From Monocercomonoides exilis PA203 (Eukaryota; Protista; Preaxostyla), in NCBI GenBank assembly GCA_001643675.2, contig LSRY02000009.1, forward strand, positions 992,001 to 1,056,000: a stretch of DNA of 64,000 nt. Reading direction: 5' to 3'. The position numbers and the translations under genes are program-made. The notes under the pieces were generated by a model. That model worked only from the letters and a program-made list of their open reading frames with translations. It had not been told where the DNA came from and ran no database searches. Positions 12,500-25,500 of the stretch are shown here, in pieces (the stretch's first letter is position 1; each line of letters opens with the position of its first letter).

Positions 12500-15400
12500 T
12501 GCAATTGGAAGCAGATATAACATTTTCTCCATTTTTCAAGAATATTACAAAGTTTGCTTGAACTAAAGATGAAATCAAATTAATTTGTTGATAAAAATCA
12601 AAGCAGAAAGTTGCGAAAGGAGAAGAAATCAGAAAGATTCGAGAACTCGAGTTAAAAGTTGAATGTTTTCAGACTCAAATAGTTAAATTGAATGAAAAAG
12701 TTTGAAAAACATATACATTTAGTTTTTTTAATATTTGCTTTTAGAATGAAAAGAATGAACAACATTTTCTTGAAACTCAAGAAAAATTAAAAGAAAAAAT
12801 AACATATTTAGTGTATGCATTAATAATCACAGTTGATTTGTTGTTTAACGTTTTCAAAAGTGATTCATTGGAGAGTGCTTTTGATAGAGAGTCATCGCTA
12901 AAAACTCAGCTTGAATTTGCTATATCACAACGAGAAGAGGCAATTTCTGCATCAGTTAAATTGGAAAAATCTTTGCAAGAGATGAGATCAATGATTCAAA
13001 ATACTGAAGAAGAAAGAGAAAAGAAGAATGAAATTGAGAGACTACGGAACACAGGGAAATTAGCAGAGAGAAGGTGTGCCATTTGAAGGAAATATCATCA
13101 AGCGTTGTATTTTTCAACATGCCAATTACACATCTTAACATAGATTTTGGGAAAGTCTTGCAAGCGATGCAACCTCAGCTTCTTTTCAGCCAATGTTTGC
13201 GGTCAGTTTTCTATTGCAACTCACATCTTGATATTAACACTAACCTTTTGTTTGTTTTAATTCTTTTATAAAAAAATCCTGAAAGAAGAAAAGCAGAAAA
13301 GGAATTGGACACCAACGAGAATTGCTTTGTGAAAGAATCAAGAGAAAGAAATGCTTTTCATGTGATTGAAGAAGAACACAAAAGGAGAATTAAGCTGGAA
13401 ACAGAACTGAGAGAAGAAAAGGCAAAACGAGAAGAAGAAAGGGCAAAACGAGAAGAAGCAGAAAAAGCGCTGGCGAATACAAGAAAAGCACTTTCGAAAG
13501 AAAGAGAAGAAAAAAACAAGAAAATGGCGCTGCTTTTGAGAAGAGTCGAAGGATTGAACGGGCAAGTTAAGAGGGTGTGCATATCTTTGAGTGAAATATT
13601 TTTATTGAGATGTTGAAAGTGAATCATTTTGGTTGCACTGCTTTGTATCGTTCGTTCGTTCGTTCGTTCTTGCTCTTGTTCTTTTTTCTTTCTTTTTCTT
13701 TCTCTTTGTCTTTTTCACATTTCACCTTATCATCATTCATCTTTTTCCCTCGTTCATTTTTCATTTTTCATTTTTCATTTTTCATTTTTCATTTTTCATT
13801 TTTCATTTTTCATTTTTTTATATTTATTTATTTTTTGTTATTGTTATTATTATTTTATTATTATTGTTATTATTAATTTTTATTTTATTTTATTATATTT
13901 ATTTATTTGATCGCATATTCTCTTCATTTCTGATGCAGATGACGAAAGAGCTTGACTCAAAAAGCAGTCTTATCAAAACTCTGAACAGAAAACTGAGCGA
14001 AAAGAAGGTTTTCGTCAATTCCTCATATTTTTCGACACCTTCTTCAAAGAATGTGAAGGATAATAGAAAAGAAATGAGGGAAAAGGAAGAAGGAGAAGGG
14101 GAAGGAGGAAGAGAAGGAGGAAGAGAAGAAGAAGGAGAAGAAGCGAAAAAAGCGAATGAAAGAAGAGAAAGAAGCAAAAGAAGGGAAATATTGAGATTAA
14201 CTCCACATCATCCACATCAACAACATCCACTTCAGAAGAAGAAGAAGAATCTGAAGAAGGAAGAAGAAGAAGAAAAAGAAAATGAAGAAAAAGAGGAGGA
14301 GGAAGAAGAAGATAAGCAAGGGACGATGATGACGATGATGGACTTTGCAGATGATCCGTATTTGTCAGTGAGAATGGAGCGAATGATTGGAAAACTGCAG
14401 AAGATGGAGAAGATGGAGAAGATGGAAAAGATGGAGAAAACACAGGAAAAAGCACAAAGTGAATGTGAATGTGAAAATGGAATGGAAGGAGGAAGAGGAA
14501 GAGGAAGAGAAGGAGAAAGAGAATGGGGAAGAGGAAGAGAAGGAGGAAGAGAAAGAGGAAGAGAAGGAGAATGGGGAAGGAGAAGTATTGGAAAAGATAT
14601 TACAGGTTTGGAAGGTTTAACAGGAATAAGAGGAGGAAGAAATGAAAACAAAGACGAAGGGAGAGAAAGAGAAAGAGATAGAGAAAGAGAAAGAGTGAGA
14701 AAAGAAAAGATAAAAGTGAGTTTTAATGAAATAAAACAGAAAGATAAAGAAAAAGAAGAGAATTTTGAAAGTTATGATAAAGATTATGAAGAAGAAGAAG
14801 AAGATGATGATGATTATGAATTCAAAGAATATGATTTCAGCAAAGAAAGAGAAAGAAAAACAGAAAAAGCAAAGCAAATGGAAGAGGAAAAGCAGAAGGA
14901 GATGTTAAGTTATTCAGAAAAGAAGCAAAAGGAACCAAATAAAATGGAAATGTTGAGATTTCAAGAAAAAAATAGCTTTGAAAACAGAATGAAGGAGAAG
15001 GGAAGTGACTTTGAAGAAGAAGAAGAAGAAGAAGAAAAAGGAAGAGGGGGAAGAGAAAAAGGAAGAGAAAGAAGAGGAAGAAGAGAAAAAGAAAGAGAAG
15101 AAGAAGAAGATGATGATGATGATGAAATCAACGTTGATGAGCATATTTTGTGTCCAGGTGAATTGGAAGAATGTGAAACATCGCTTCTTTCTATTGAAGA
15201 AGAAGAAAAAGAAGAAAAAGAAGATGATGGTAATAACAAAGAAAATGGAATGGAAGAAGAAGAAGAAGATGATGATGATGATGATAACATTGATGTTTTC
15301 CTTCACAATAATAACTACAATTCCAATGATGAATGTGCATTGGATGTTCTGACAGAAGATGAGGCAATTGAGCTGATGTTGGAAGACGAAGCGGAATTAA

Positions 15401-17436
15401 ACTCCTTTTTAAACACAAGCAACATCAACAAAATTTCCGTTTTGAATGAAGAAAATTCGAAATTTGAGAATAAAAAAAAGGAAAAAAAGGAAAAAAACGA
15501 AGTTGAAAGAATCAGAACGCCTCCAATTGAACGATCGCTTTCTCCACCTTCATCAGCTCAGAAGTTGTCTTGTTTTGCTTCTCCTTCTGATGATTTTGTT
15601 GAAACTTCTTCTTCTTCTTATCCTTCATCATCATCATATTCTCCTTCTTCTTCCTCTTCCTCTTCCTCTTCCTCTTCCTCTTCTTCTTCTAATTCTTCAT
15701 CATTATCTTCTTCCTCTATTAATAAACCATCTTTCACTCCAATTTCTCCTTTTCCTTCAAAATCTCATGTTTCTTTCCCGTTCAACACACAACAGAAAAA
15801 TTCTTCTTTTCAAACAGAAAATTTATCAGACAAACAAAGAGAGAAAGAGGTAAAAGAAGGAAAAGATGATAAAAATGATGGAGATGATAGAAAAGAAGAA
15901 GATGAAGGTGAAGAAGAAAAGGATTTTCGTAAAGAGAAAGGAGAAGGAGAAGGAGGAAGAGAAGAAGAAGAAAGAGAAAGAGAAAGAGAAAGAAAAGGAG
16001 AAGAAGATTTATTTGAGAATAAGCCAAAGAAACAATCTTTTGACGCAAACAAACAAATCATAAAGAAAAAGAATTCGACAGAAAGAAGAAGAAGAAGAAG
16101 AAGAAAAGGAAGAAGTGAAAGTCAAAGTGAAAGTCAAAGTGAAAGTGAAAGCAGAAGAAGAGAAAAAACAAAGAAAACAAAAAATTCAAATGAAAATTCG
16201 TCTCATTCACCAGAAAATGACTCATTTGAAGCTGATTTTTCTGCTTCTGCTAAATTTTTCACTCCAAAACGAACAAATCCTACAGAACCTTCGCAAAATT
16301 CTTCTTTCTCTTCGCTTTCTTCTTCTTCTTCTTCTTCTTCTTCTTCTTCTTCTTCTTCTTCTTCTTCTTCTTCTTCCTCCCCTTCTTCTTTATCTTCCTC
16401 TTCTTCTCCCTTTTCTTCTTCTTCTTCTTCTTTTATTTCTTCTCCTTCTTTCTCTTCTTCTTCCTTTTCCTCTTCTCTTTCTTCTCTTTCTGTTCCTTCT
16501 TCAGAATCAGCGCAAATGTCTTCAACAAATTTGATTCATCATCCTCTTCAAAAACATCATCATCATCATCATCATCATCAAAATAAACATCATGTGAATC
16601 TCTTTATTAATCAGAAAGAACAAAAGAAAGAACAAAAGAAAGAGAAAGAACAAACGAAAGAGAGAGAAAGAGAAAGAGAGAAAGAGAATGAGAAAAAGCA
16701 GGGTATTGAGAAAGAGAAAGAGAAAGAAAAAGAAAAAGAAAAAGAACAAGATGAATTCAATATTCATCATCGTCATCATCGTCATCATCATCATCGTTCA
16801 AAGAACACTCATTCATCCAATCACAACCACACTCCGCATAATCTTCACGATTCAAGCTCTTTTTCATACAAAAAAAATAAGCATTTTAACTCTTTGTCTT
16901 CTCCTTCTCCTTCTCCTTCTTCTCTTTCTTCTCATTCATCTCTTTCTCCTTCTCCTTCTTCCTCTCATTCTCCTTCTTCTCTTTCTCTTCATTCTTTCAA
17001 TGAAAGCAACAATGAAACACCAAGCGAATCACAATTTCCTCCTCTTTCTCCTTCGAATGAAAAAACAAACAGAAAACTTCACAAACATCATTCGAAAATT
17101 CATTCTTCTTCTTCTTCTCTTTCTTCTTCTTCTTCTTCTTCTTCTTCTTCTTCTACTTCTACTTCTTCTCACCTCTTCTTCATCTCCTTCTCCTTCTCCT
17201 TCTCTCCTCGCCTTCTTCTTCTTCTCTCCACTTCTTCTTCTTCTCTCCACTTCTTCTTTATGCTTCAACCTTCTTTTCCTTCTCTCTCTTTTCTCTCTCT
17301 CTTTTTCTCTCTTTTCTTATTCTTCTTTCTTTATCTTTTCTTCTTTCTTTTTCTTCTCTCTTTATCTTTTTTTCCTTTCAACTTCTTTCCTATTATCTTC
17401 TTTTTATGCAGCTATTCTATTTCCATATGTTTGTGA
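12500..17436 (+). CDS. multi-exon hypothetical protein: N-terminal coiled coil, long E/K/R-, Ser- and His-rich low-complexity exon
   Basis: Coiled-coil-like ORF pieces at 12.6-13.57 kb separated by T-rich introns. Intron 13575-13938 (GT..GCAG). Large open exon from 13939. Both ends approximate. Confidence 0.55.
13645..13910. repeat. intronic microsatellites (TCGT)n, (TTTTCA)n, (TAT)n
   Basis: Directly visible tandem repeats. Confidence 0.85.
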
Positions 17437-18842
17437 ATTCAACTATTAAACCTCAAGCACCTTTCATTTAATACTTTCTCCTCTCATCTTTTCCTTAATC
17501 TTGTTTTTTTCTATCTTCATATTTTTTTTTCCTTTTAACTACAGTTATAAAAAAAGATATCCCCTTAAAATAGTTTCAAATATTCAGATATTCTTTTTGT
17601 TACCGAAATTTCAATCATTCATTGACTATGTCATTGAATGTCACAGGAAAAAAATAAATTTATGAATTTTCAATAAAAAACAAAAATTAAATCATTACAA
17701 AGATCAAAGCTATTTGTTACAAACGCAATGATTGAAATGTATATTGTATGTTAAATGCTGAATGAAATAAAAGACAAATGAAAAGAAGGAAAATAATACG
17801 ATACAAAAAAGTTCAAATCATCAAAAATCAAAAACAAAACCATATCCAGCATGCAACACCTGTGGAAACTTCTAATTCTTCTTCCGATCTTCTATGTTTG
17901 TTGTCGTTGCTATATTGCATATCACGAGAAATCTTTAAAAAAATTGAAAAGAATGAAAAGCTTCCATTCATGTGTGTTCATGAACAATTAAATATTTAAA
18001 GAAAATGAAACTTATTAAAGATTGAAAATTTATATTCTTCGAACATCAAAAAGTTTGCACGACCGAATAATACTCAGCAAAAAAGAAAATGCTTTATATT
18101 CGTACAATTATGGTTATTTTCGAAAATTAAATCAATCCAAATTTGCGTATTAAAAATATTACAAAAAATGATGATTTATCATATTAATTAATTTCCAATG
18201 TATTTAAAAAGTTGTCCCACAAAAATTCAAAAAAAAGATCAAACATTGAACGAGATTATCATCTCAAAAAAAATTTCCCAGATATTAACTAAATATCAAC
18301 AATTTTAAACAATAAAAAATATGAGAAGAAATAGTACTATTTCGACAAATTCATGGTATCATAGTCAATTCAAAACACAAAAGAAAACTTATCTTAAATG
18401 TTCAAAAACTAACTTGTCTATTTTCCCTCTGTTTCCTATTTACTCTTCCCTTTCTGATAGTTCTCTAACTTTGACTCAAAAAGATCAAATTCAACAAAGA
18501 AAAAAGACAGACACAATAACAAAACATCACTTCACACTCTCGTCAACTCTCCCTTTCAAAAATCTCACCCAAAGATCAATGAATTCCCTCACAACTCTCT
18601 CCATTAATGAATCTCAATATATACAAAAATAATAGGGACAATAACCAATTTTATTATAGGGACATTACAGTGACAAAAAGCACAAGAAAACAATCGGATT
18701 CTAACTATTGTGCACCTGGGAGGCTGCTCGTCGTATCCAGGTCCGGATAAAGCAGCCTGAAGGCTGCAATATCAAATACGAACAGTCATGTCCAGCACCC
18801 TTCCGATAGAGTGCCAGCTAAGCATACACAACAACTTGTTTC

Positions 18843-21800
18843 TTAAAAAGGGACACCAAAAGAACAGTTTTGAGATTCATTAATAGAAGAAGAGTCAAGA
18901 AGAAGCTCAAATCTTCTTGAAAGAAGATCTTGAGAAGATTGAGAAAGAAGAGAAGAGTTAGATGACGTAATATCAGAGTGAAATGACTTTCTTGTTCGTT
19001 GAACCTTTTCTTTCATTGTTGAAGATTCGAGGGCAACCAGAGAGCGTTGAGGAAGATATCCAACAGCAGATGCGCAGACAAATGAGCCCTTGCGCTCAAA
19101 ATACAAGAAGTCCTTCATGTGAGGGACTGATAGTGATGGCCATGAAATTTGCTGAGATGGTACGTACTCTTCAAAGTACCTCTCATGCACATACTCCTTG
19201 ATAGATGATGACGATGGAGAAGAATTAGTTGAGGATGATTCAAAAATGTCTTGTTGTGATGTCGAAGAAGCAGATATCGAAGTGTTCATATTGTTTTCGA
19301 AGAAGTTGATCAAATCATGAAGTGTGGTAATGTGTTCAGTTGATAAATTGTTGTTGATTGTGTTCACAAGTGCACCAAATTCACTATCACAAATATTCTT
19401 TCCATGGTGCTCAGCGAAGAAGTTGAGTTGAGTGTTTTTCATTTTTAGAAGTTTGGATTGTTTGGAGAGGATTAAGTTAAGAAGGAAGCGATTTCGGTTG
19501 TGTAGACCCGAATCGCAGAAGAACTTAAAAGTGTGAGTGTGTGAGAAGAAGTTTCTTTTGATCACAGATTCCAGACACTCAATAACAAATCTGTGATCAT
19601 TTGAGAGACAGTCGGAGAAGAAGTTGAATGTTCGTTTTATTTGTTGATTATTTATTTTTTGTGGTGAGATGATTGTGAATTGGGAGACTTGTTGATAGTT
19701 GAAAAACTCTTGTTGAAGTTGGTTCTTTCGGATTGGCAGTTTCCATTTCTCTTTAAAGTCGAAGACGAAGACTGCTTCTCCCTCTTTCAGATTATCAACT
19801 GTTGATTGATAGTGTTTATGTTGCATTTCTGCAACAAGTCGGTGTTGTCGAAGAAGTTTGAGTGTATGAAATTCTGCTTCAGACAGTCCATTTTTGTTTT
19901 GTGAAGATTTCAGTTAGTTTTCGAGATAGTTCAACTTCTCACACATGCCGCAGAGATCTGTTCTCCTTTTTGATTTGGAAAAGTTGGTAGTGAGTTTGTA
20001 GAAGTGGGAAAGAGAAACTTTGATATTCGTTTCTTCTGAAAACTCTTTCCATTATTTTGTCTTGGGCTTGAAGATTAATCTCTTTTCATTGGGAGAAAAG
20101 ATGCCCGTTTTCTTTCTTCTTTCTTTCAGTGCTTCCAATCCATATGAAGATGTGATTGATGATGATAGTTGTGGAATGGAAGTTGTTGGATGAAGTGGAG
20201 AGATGAATGATGATGATGATGATGATGTTGTTGTTGTTGTTAATGTGTTATTTGAAGTGTTGTTATTAAATGTTTCTGAAAAAGAGGAGGTACCACCAAA
20301 TTGAATAGTTGAAAACGTTGGTTTTGTTTTTTCTTTGGTATAGAAAGAAAGGGAAGGAGTGTAACCTTGAATGTGAAGATTATTCCATGAAGAACTCCAT
20401 TTATCACTATCGAATTCAGTCACTTCAGCATCATTGCAAATCCTCCAAAAACTGTTGATTCCACTCTTCCTTTTAACGATAGCAATGTAATGTCCGTTTT
20501 GTTGATCCAGACGTTTGAATAGTACTTGCCCAACTAGATGATAAATGATGGTTTCTTGATTATCTTTTTGAAGATGTTGAATATCTTTTGAAGAAAACCC
20601 TTTGCAGAAAGTGCGCTGGTATACACGATCTGTTTCCATAAGGAGAGTTCTGGAAGGAGCAGAACAAGCAGCATCAGTGCATTCATGACAGAGGGCTAGC
20701 ACCTCTGGAAATGAAGTCATTTCCTCACATCTCTCAGCACAGCATTTCTCTTTGCAATCGTTGCAATAAACGGTGTTCTTTCCATCCAATATCTCTGTTG
20801 CAAAAAGAGATGATAGACCTTTGTGAGGAGAAGATGAATTAATTACCACGTTATTGCAAGCTTCGTTGAAATGTGATGAGATTTTTTTGCATTTTTGGCA
20901 TCTGTGATGAGTGATTAAAACAGGATTGAAGGTGTCCTTATTTATTAACTCATCTTTTCGAAGAAGTTGGTGAAGATTATTAATTCCTCTGCCACATTTT
21001 GCTGCTGTCTGCTGCCAAATCCACAAAAGTTTTCCCATTTGTTGATCAGTGATGGAACCCACGAACGCGCTATCATTCAATCTTTGGATAGTTGATTGCA
21101 TACACTTATGATACACAAAGATGTGTTCTTCGAAGTTGTTTGTTTTTTGATTAAAGATGGGTTTTGTTTAGTTATAGAAGAGAAACATTGAAGAAGAGAA
21201 GCCAAATAGCATGTGTTGCCTAAGTTTGGCAACCTTTTTGCTATTCGTGATGATTTATTTGCAGAATTTGATGAATTTGAAGAAGATTGAGGATGAAAAT
21301 GATTTTTAATTGAATATTCTTTAGCATTCTTTTTAGAAATATTTTTTGAAGAATTATTTTGTTGATATATTTCAAAATTTGAAGATAGAACGCTTTGTTG
21401 TTGAAGTGTTGAAGTGTCATTCTCTTTTTAAAATGAAGAAAAGAGAGTTTGAAATCCTTGAGGTGGAATTAACGTGGGTGAAGTGGCATTATCAACTAAT
21501 TGCTCACTCACAAACTCATTATCATTTTAAAATGATGAAGAATTAATTTTTTCTTTCAATTTTTTTGAAATTGAAATTTGTGAAGAAGAAGTTTTTGATT
21601 TGAATATTTTGTGAATTGGTATTGGAGATGGAGAAGAATGACGTTTGTGATTTGAATTTTTATTTTGGTTTTTTGTTGGACCCCTTTCTCTCCTAATTGG
21701 AGTCCTGATTGGTGCATCAACAACTTGAGAAGAAGAAGAATTAAAAGAAGAAGTCTTTTTTTCTGAAATGGTTTTTGAATTTTTATTGAGTTGAGATGAT

Positions 21801-22553
21801 GTTGAAGAAGAAGATGATTGTTCTTTCTTAGAAGAATGATTTTCTGTAACAATTTCATTTTCCCAGGCATCTTCATCAATAAATCTGGCGTAATCTGGCT
21901 CCGCTCGCTGCTTTTTCTTTGCTGATTGAAGAGAAGTTGAGGCTTCAGTGGAATGGGCTAACATCCAGTTGTTGCCCTTTTCCCAGTCCTGTTCATTTAA
22001 GCCTAAATAAACAGAGAAAATTATTTTAAAAAAAATATTAAAAAACACAAACCACTTTTACAAGACGGAAGATGAGGTTTTTGAGGAGGAATGATAAATC
22101 CTTGGTTTTTCTTCAGTGTTTGCTTCGCATAAATAAATTTTCCCTCTGTCACATCATATCCATAGTCTTGCAAATCGGATAATGATGTATTGCGGGAAAG
22201 CGCTTGCAGCATTGTTGTCTGAGTGTGCAACGGAGCGTTGTTGTACACTACAGACAAGTCTTCCAGCAGCTTTATGTGATATTCTGTTTCAAAAAAATTA
22301 ATAATTAACAAATCAAAAAGTGAAAAAAAAATAACAGAGAGTAAAAATAATATTTTTAACACAATGCAAAATATTAAAAAACCAAACCATTCAAAGACTT
22401 CAGTAAATCATTAATTACTGAAGATGATTGCCTGTAAGTGTAAAACAAATAGGCAAGCAACGAATCTACGTCATTTCCGCCGATGCGCTTTATTTCTTGC
22501 CATAGAACATTGCATCGAGAATTTAATGTCGATTCGCGTTTTGAAAACTACAT
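18843..22553 (-). mobile_element. decayed Sola-like DDD transposase gene with internal USP deubiquitinase domain
   Basis: Exons 22553-22388, 22283-22053 and 22002 onward, with phase-1 GT-AG introns 22387-22284 and 22052-22003. Transposase motifs VSLSHFYKL..RTDLCGMC, VFDFKEKW, FFSDCLSND, FCDSG and NFFAEHHGKNICDSEFG. Several stops and one frameshift. No TIR found. Confidence 0.75.
20330..21235 (-). pseudogene. ubiquitin-specific protease (peptidase C19) domain within the transposase
   Basis: Cys box LPNLGNTCYLASLLQCF (Cys codon 21211-21209). QQD-like box GFGSRQQQNVAEE. Two CxxC pairs and FPEVLAL. His box YHLVGQV..NGHYIAIVK (His 20492-20490) and WRICNDAEV. Confidence 0.88.
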
Positions 22554-25500
22554 TTTTCTCTAATAAATATTTTCTTATGGAAAATCACAATTATTCTTAA
22601 AAAAATTTTTTTTATTTAAAAAAATATGTATTGTTTTTTTTTCATTATTTGACTATTTCTAAATTTGTTGAAAAAATTTTTAACGTGATTTGGATTTATA
22701 AAAATATATTTGAAAATTTTTTATCAGAAAAAAATAAGAAAAATTTGAGATCACTTTTATCGAAGGTTTATTGAAAAATCATCACATAAATGAATATGTG
22801 TTATGAAAAAAATCATTCTCAGATAAAAATATTTTTAAAAATATTTTATATCATCCTTGAATGAAAAATAGGATCCAACCCTTTATTTTATTTTTTTGCG
22901 AAAAAAAGATCAAAAAAATAAGCGTTAAAGGGCGAGAATTGCAGGTAGAAGAATGCAGTTTTTTGGCAATAGATGAAGTTAAAATGGTGAAAGCAATCAT
23001 TTTATGCAAAAAAAAGACCCCTGAGGATTCTGTCATTTTGTGATCTCCATTGTTTGGACAAAGAAAAAGAGCTGATGCTCTTCGAATACAGCGTTTGAAA
23101 ATCTGGAAAAAATCGCTTGCTAACTCTTATTGCACGCACAACAACAAAATGTACATTTTAATTTTTTTCTGATATTTGTTTTTTTTTTTTTTTCGATTAA
23201 CTCTCAAAAAATCAAAAAGACATGGTTCTGATTAAAGCCGGAGTTTTGTTTCTTTCATTTTTTCAAAACCACTTGCTTTTCCAACTTTTTACAGGTTTGC
23301 CAATAATGTCTTTTTCATATTGTTTGTAGTAATGTTATTATTTCTCAAATATATTTTTATATTTACCACTTTTTTTAATAAATATGTCAAAATATATTCA
23401 AAATCTTTTTATTTTATATTTGTTTGTCAAAAATATCTGATTGTTACACCGTTGGCCTACATTTATCTTGTGACGCGGCTTCAATTTGAAAAGTTTTTTT
23501 TTAAATGGGGAATTCTTCAGATGCTGCTTTCAACAAAACATATCTTCTTGCGCTGATTGAGTTCACTCTTCTGCTCGTGAGCCAACAAGAAGAATGAAGC
23601 ATCACACATTCATTCATCTTCTTGGAGAGTTGCAGCTATTATTGAAGCAGTAACTGTTTTTTATTTGTGACATGCTTTCACAGCGCATGGTAGATGATTC
23701 AATGAGACGGGGAATTCAATTGCTTGTCGGAGGAAGACATCAGCGGAAGAGCAAGAAAATCAAAAGAATGCTCATGACTTATGTAGTGAAAGGGAGATAT
23801 TTGTTACAGAAGCAGAACTGCAAAGAAAGGAAACGAACGAGAACTAAAGAAGGAGGAGAGATTAAGGAATAAGAATAGAAAGGGGCAGAATAGAAAATTA
23901 GAAAGGTTATTTTGTTCGATCTATTTAATTCAATCTTCATTTTTTTTAAATCAATTTTGAACTTAATAATAATAATTTTAAGACCATTTCATGATTTTTT
24001 TTTTTTATTTTTACTCTGATTCAGATGCAGATAACATTCTCATATGGCTTATTTTGACGAAGCAGACGCGTCTGTTGAATATGCTAGTCTCAGAATTGCG
24101 ATCAGAAAACAGATGGTGCGGCGTTGGCGTGCGTCCATTTGGTTGGCGATGGGCTGTAACATGGAGTGCCGAGAGTTGACAGTCGAAGTACAAAGTGCAG
24201 GAGTCGATTGGGCTGTTTGAGTGGAAGATGCAGGATCATCGGCAGAACCTGGAGCGGATGCGGGAGTTTGATAAGCTACGAAAGACAGTGCGGACAGCTG
24301 GGGCAGCAGAAGGGGTGTCGCCGATGCTGCTACTGCTGAAGCCGCGGGGGGAGTTCTATAAGGAATCGGAGCTTTCGTGCGTGACGATGGTGCAGAAGAA
24401 GATGAATGAGGGGGAAGAGAACAAGGTGTCAGTGATGCTGCGGGAGGACGAGAAGGAGTAGGAGCGGAGGGAAGGGGCAGTGAAGATGCGGGAGACAAGA
24501 CGGCAGCTGAACCGAAAGCTGGGAGAGAAGAACGCGAAGAGGAGGGCGATGGAGATGAGCGAGACGATGCTTGCGAGGCAGATGAGAGAAGAGGCAAGGA
24601 AAGAAATCAGCAGAAAAAGAAGATGAAATGAAGAATGTGGTAAGGAGATCTTTGGATTTTCCAAAAGAAGATGAGAAGATATCAGAGAAGGAAGGAAGAG
24701 CAAAGAATGAAAGAGATGGAGGCATGTGGAGTTTGGAGATCATTTCTGTAGGAAGGTGGTGGGAAGGAGGTTATTGACTGCAACAGCGAGAAGTTTAAAA
24801 GAAATGACATCTCTGTATTCAAAGAGCGACAGTCTTGTTTTGAGTTTTTCGGAAGAAGATGGAGGTGCTGATCCTACAAAGGGATTCCGCTCGGCTGGAC
24901 ACTGGATTCGGAGCTTGGACTTCGATATGAGGAAGATCATTAGGCTTTGTCTTCTCCATCGTAACTTATATTTTCTATTGGATTTCTATCTTTTTTATGA
25001 GTGACTTCATCATCTTTAACAGCAGCAGCATCGGTAATGTTTTCCACTCCACTTGACACACGGAAGCAGTTAACTCTTCGGATAGGAGGTGCAATTCAGA
25101 ACGGAGTAGATGTTCAAACGGCGTGAAGTTTACGGTGGCAAATGAGTTTACAATCGTTTTGAAGCCAGTTTCCTCATTCAACAAAGAAAGGCACACTGCG
25201 TCGCATGGAGAACTATCTGACTGATGCTGTGGTGAAGATTGTGGAAGAACAGAATGTGATGTGTATAAATACAGAAAGCTAGGTCCATTCCGAATTACAG
25301 CTGATTATGAGTAAAATGTCACCTACAGCTTGAAGTTTCAGGTTCCGAAGCCAGAGAAGAAGTTGTGGATGAAGAAGCTCGTAAAGAAGATGGTGACTCA
25401 AGCAGACAGAGAGCAGACGAAGGAGACGCGCGGGCAGAGGCTGGTATGTCACAAGATGGGATTGGAACAAACGAAGAAGTGGAAGATGCGAAGGATAAAG

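Noticed and set aside
13633-13938. Hydrophobic N-terminus of the 1267-aa ORF as a membrane domain
   Set aside because: It lies in a T-rich microsatellite intron (13575-13938).
20980-21116. N-terminus of ORF 20052-21116 (HKCMQSTIQRL) as the USP Cys box
   Set aside because: It is out of frame. The real Cys box (NTCYLASLLQC) and QQQN box are in the adjacent frame.
17500-23150. TIRs for the Sola-USP element, e.g. a right end at ..GTGATCTC near 23047
   Set aside because: No matching inverted partner was found on the left by eye.
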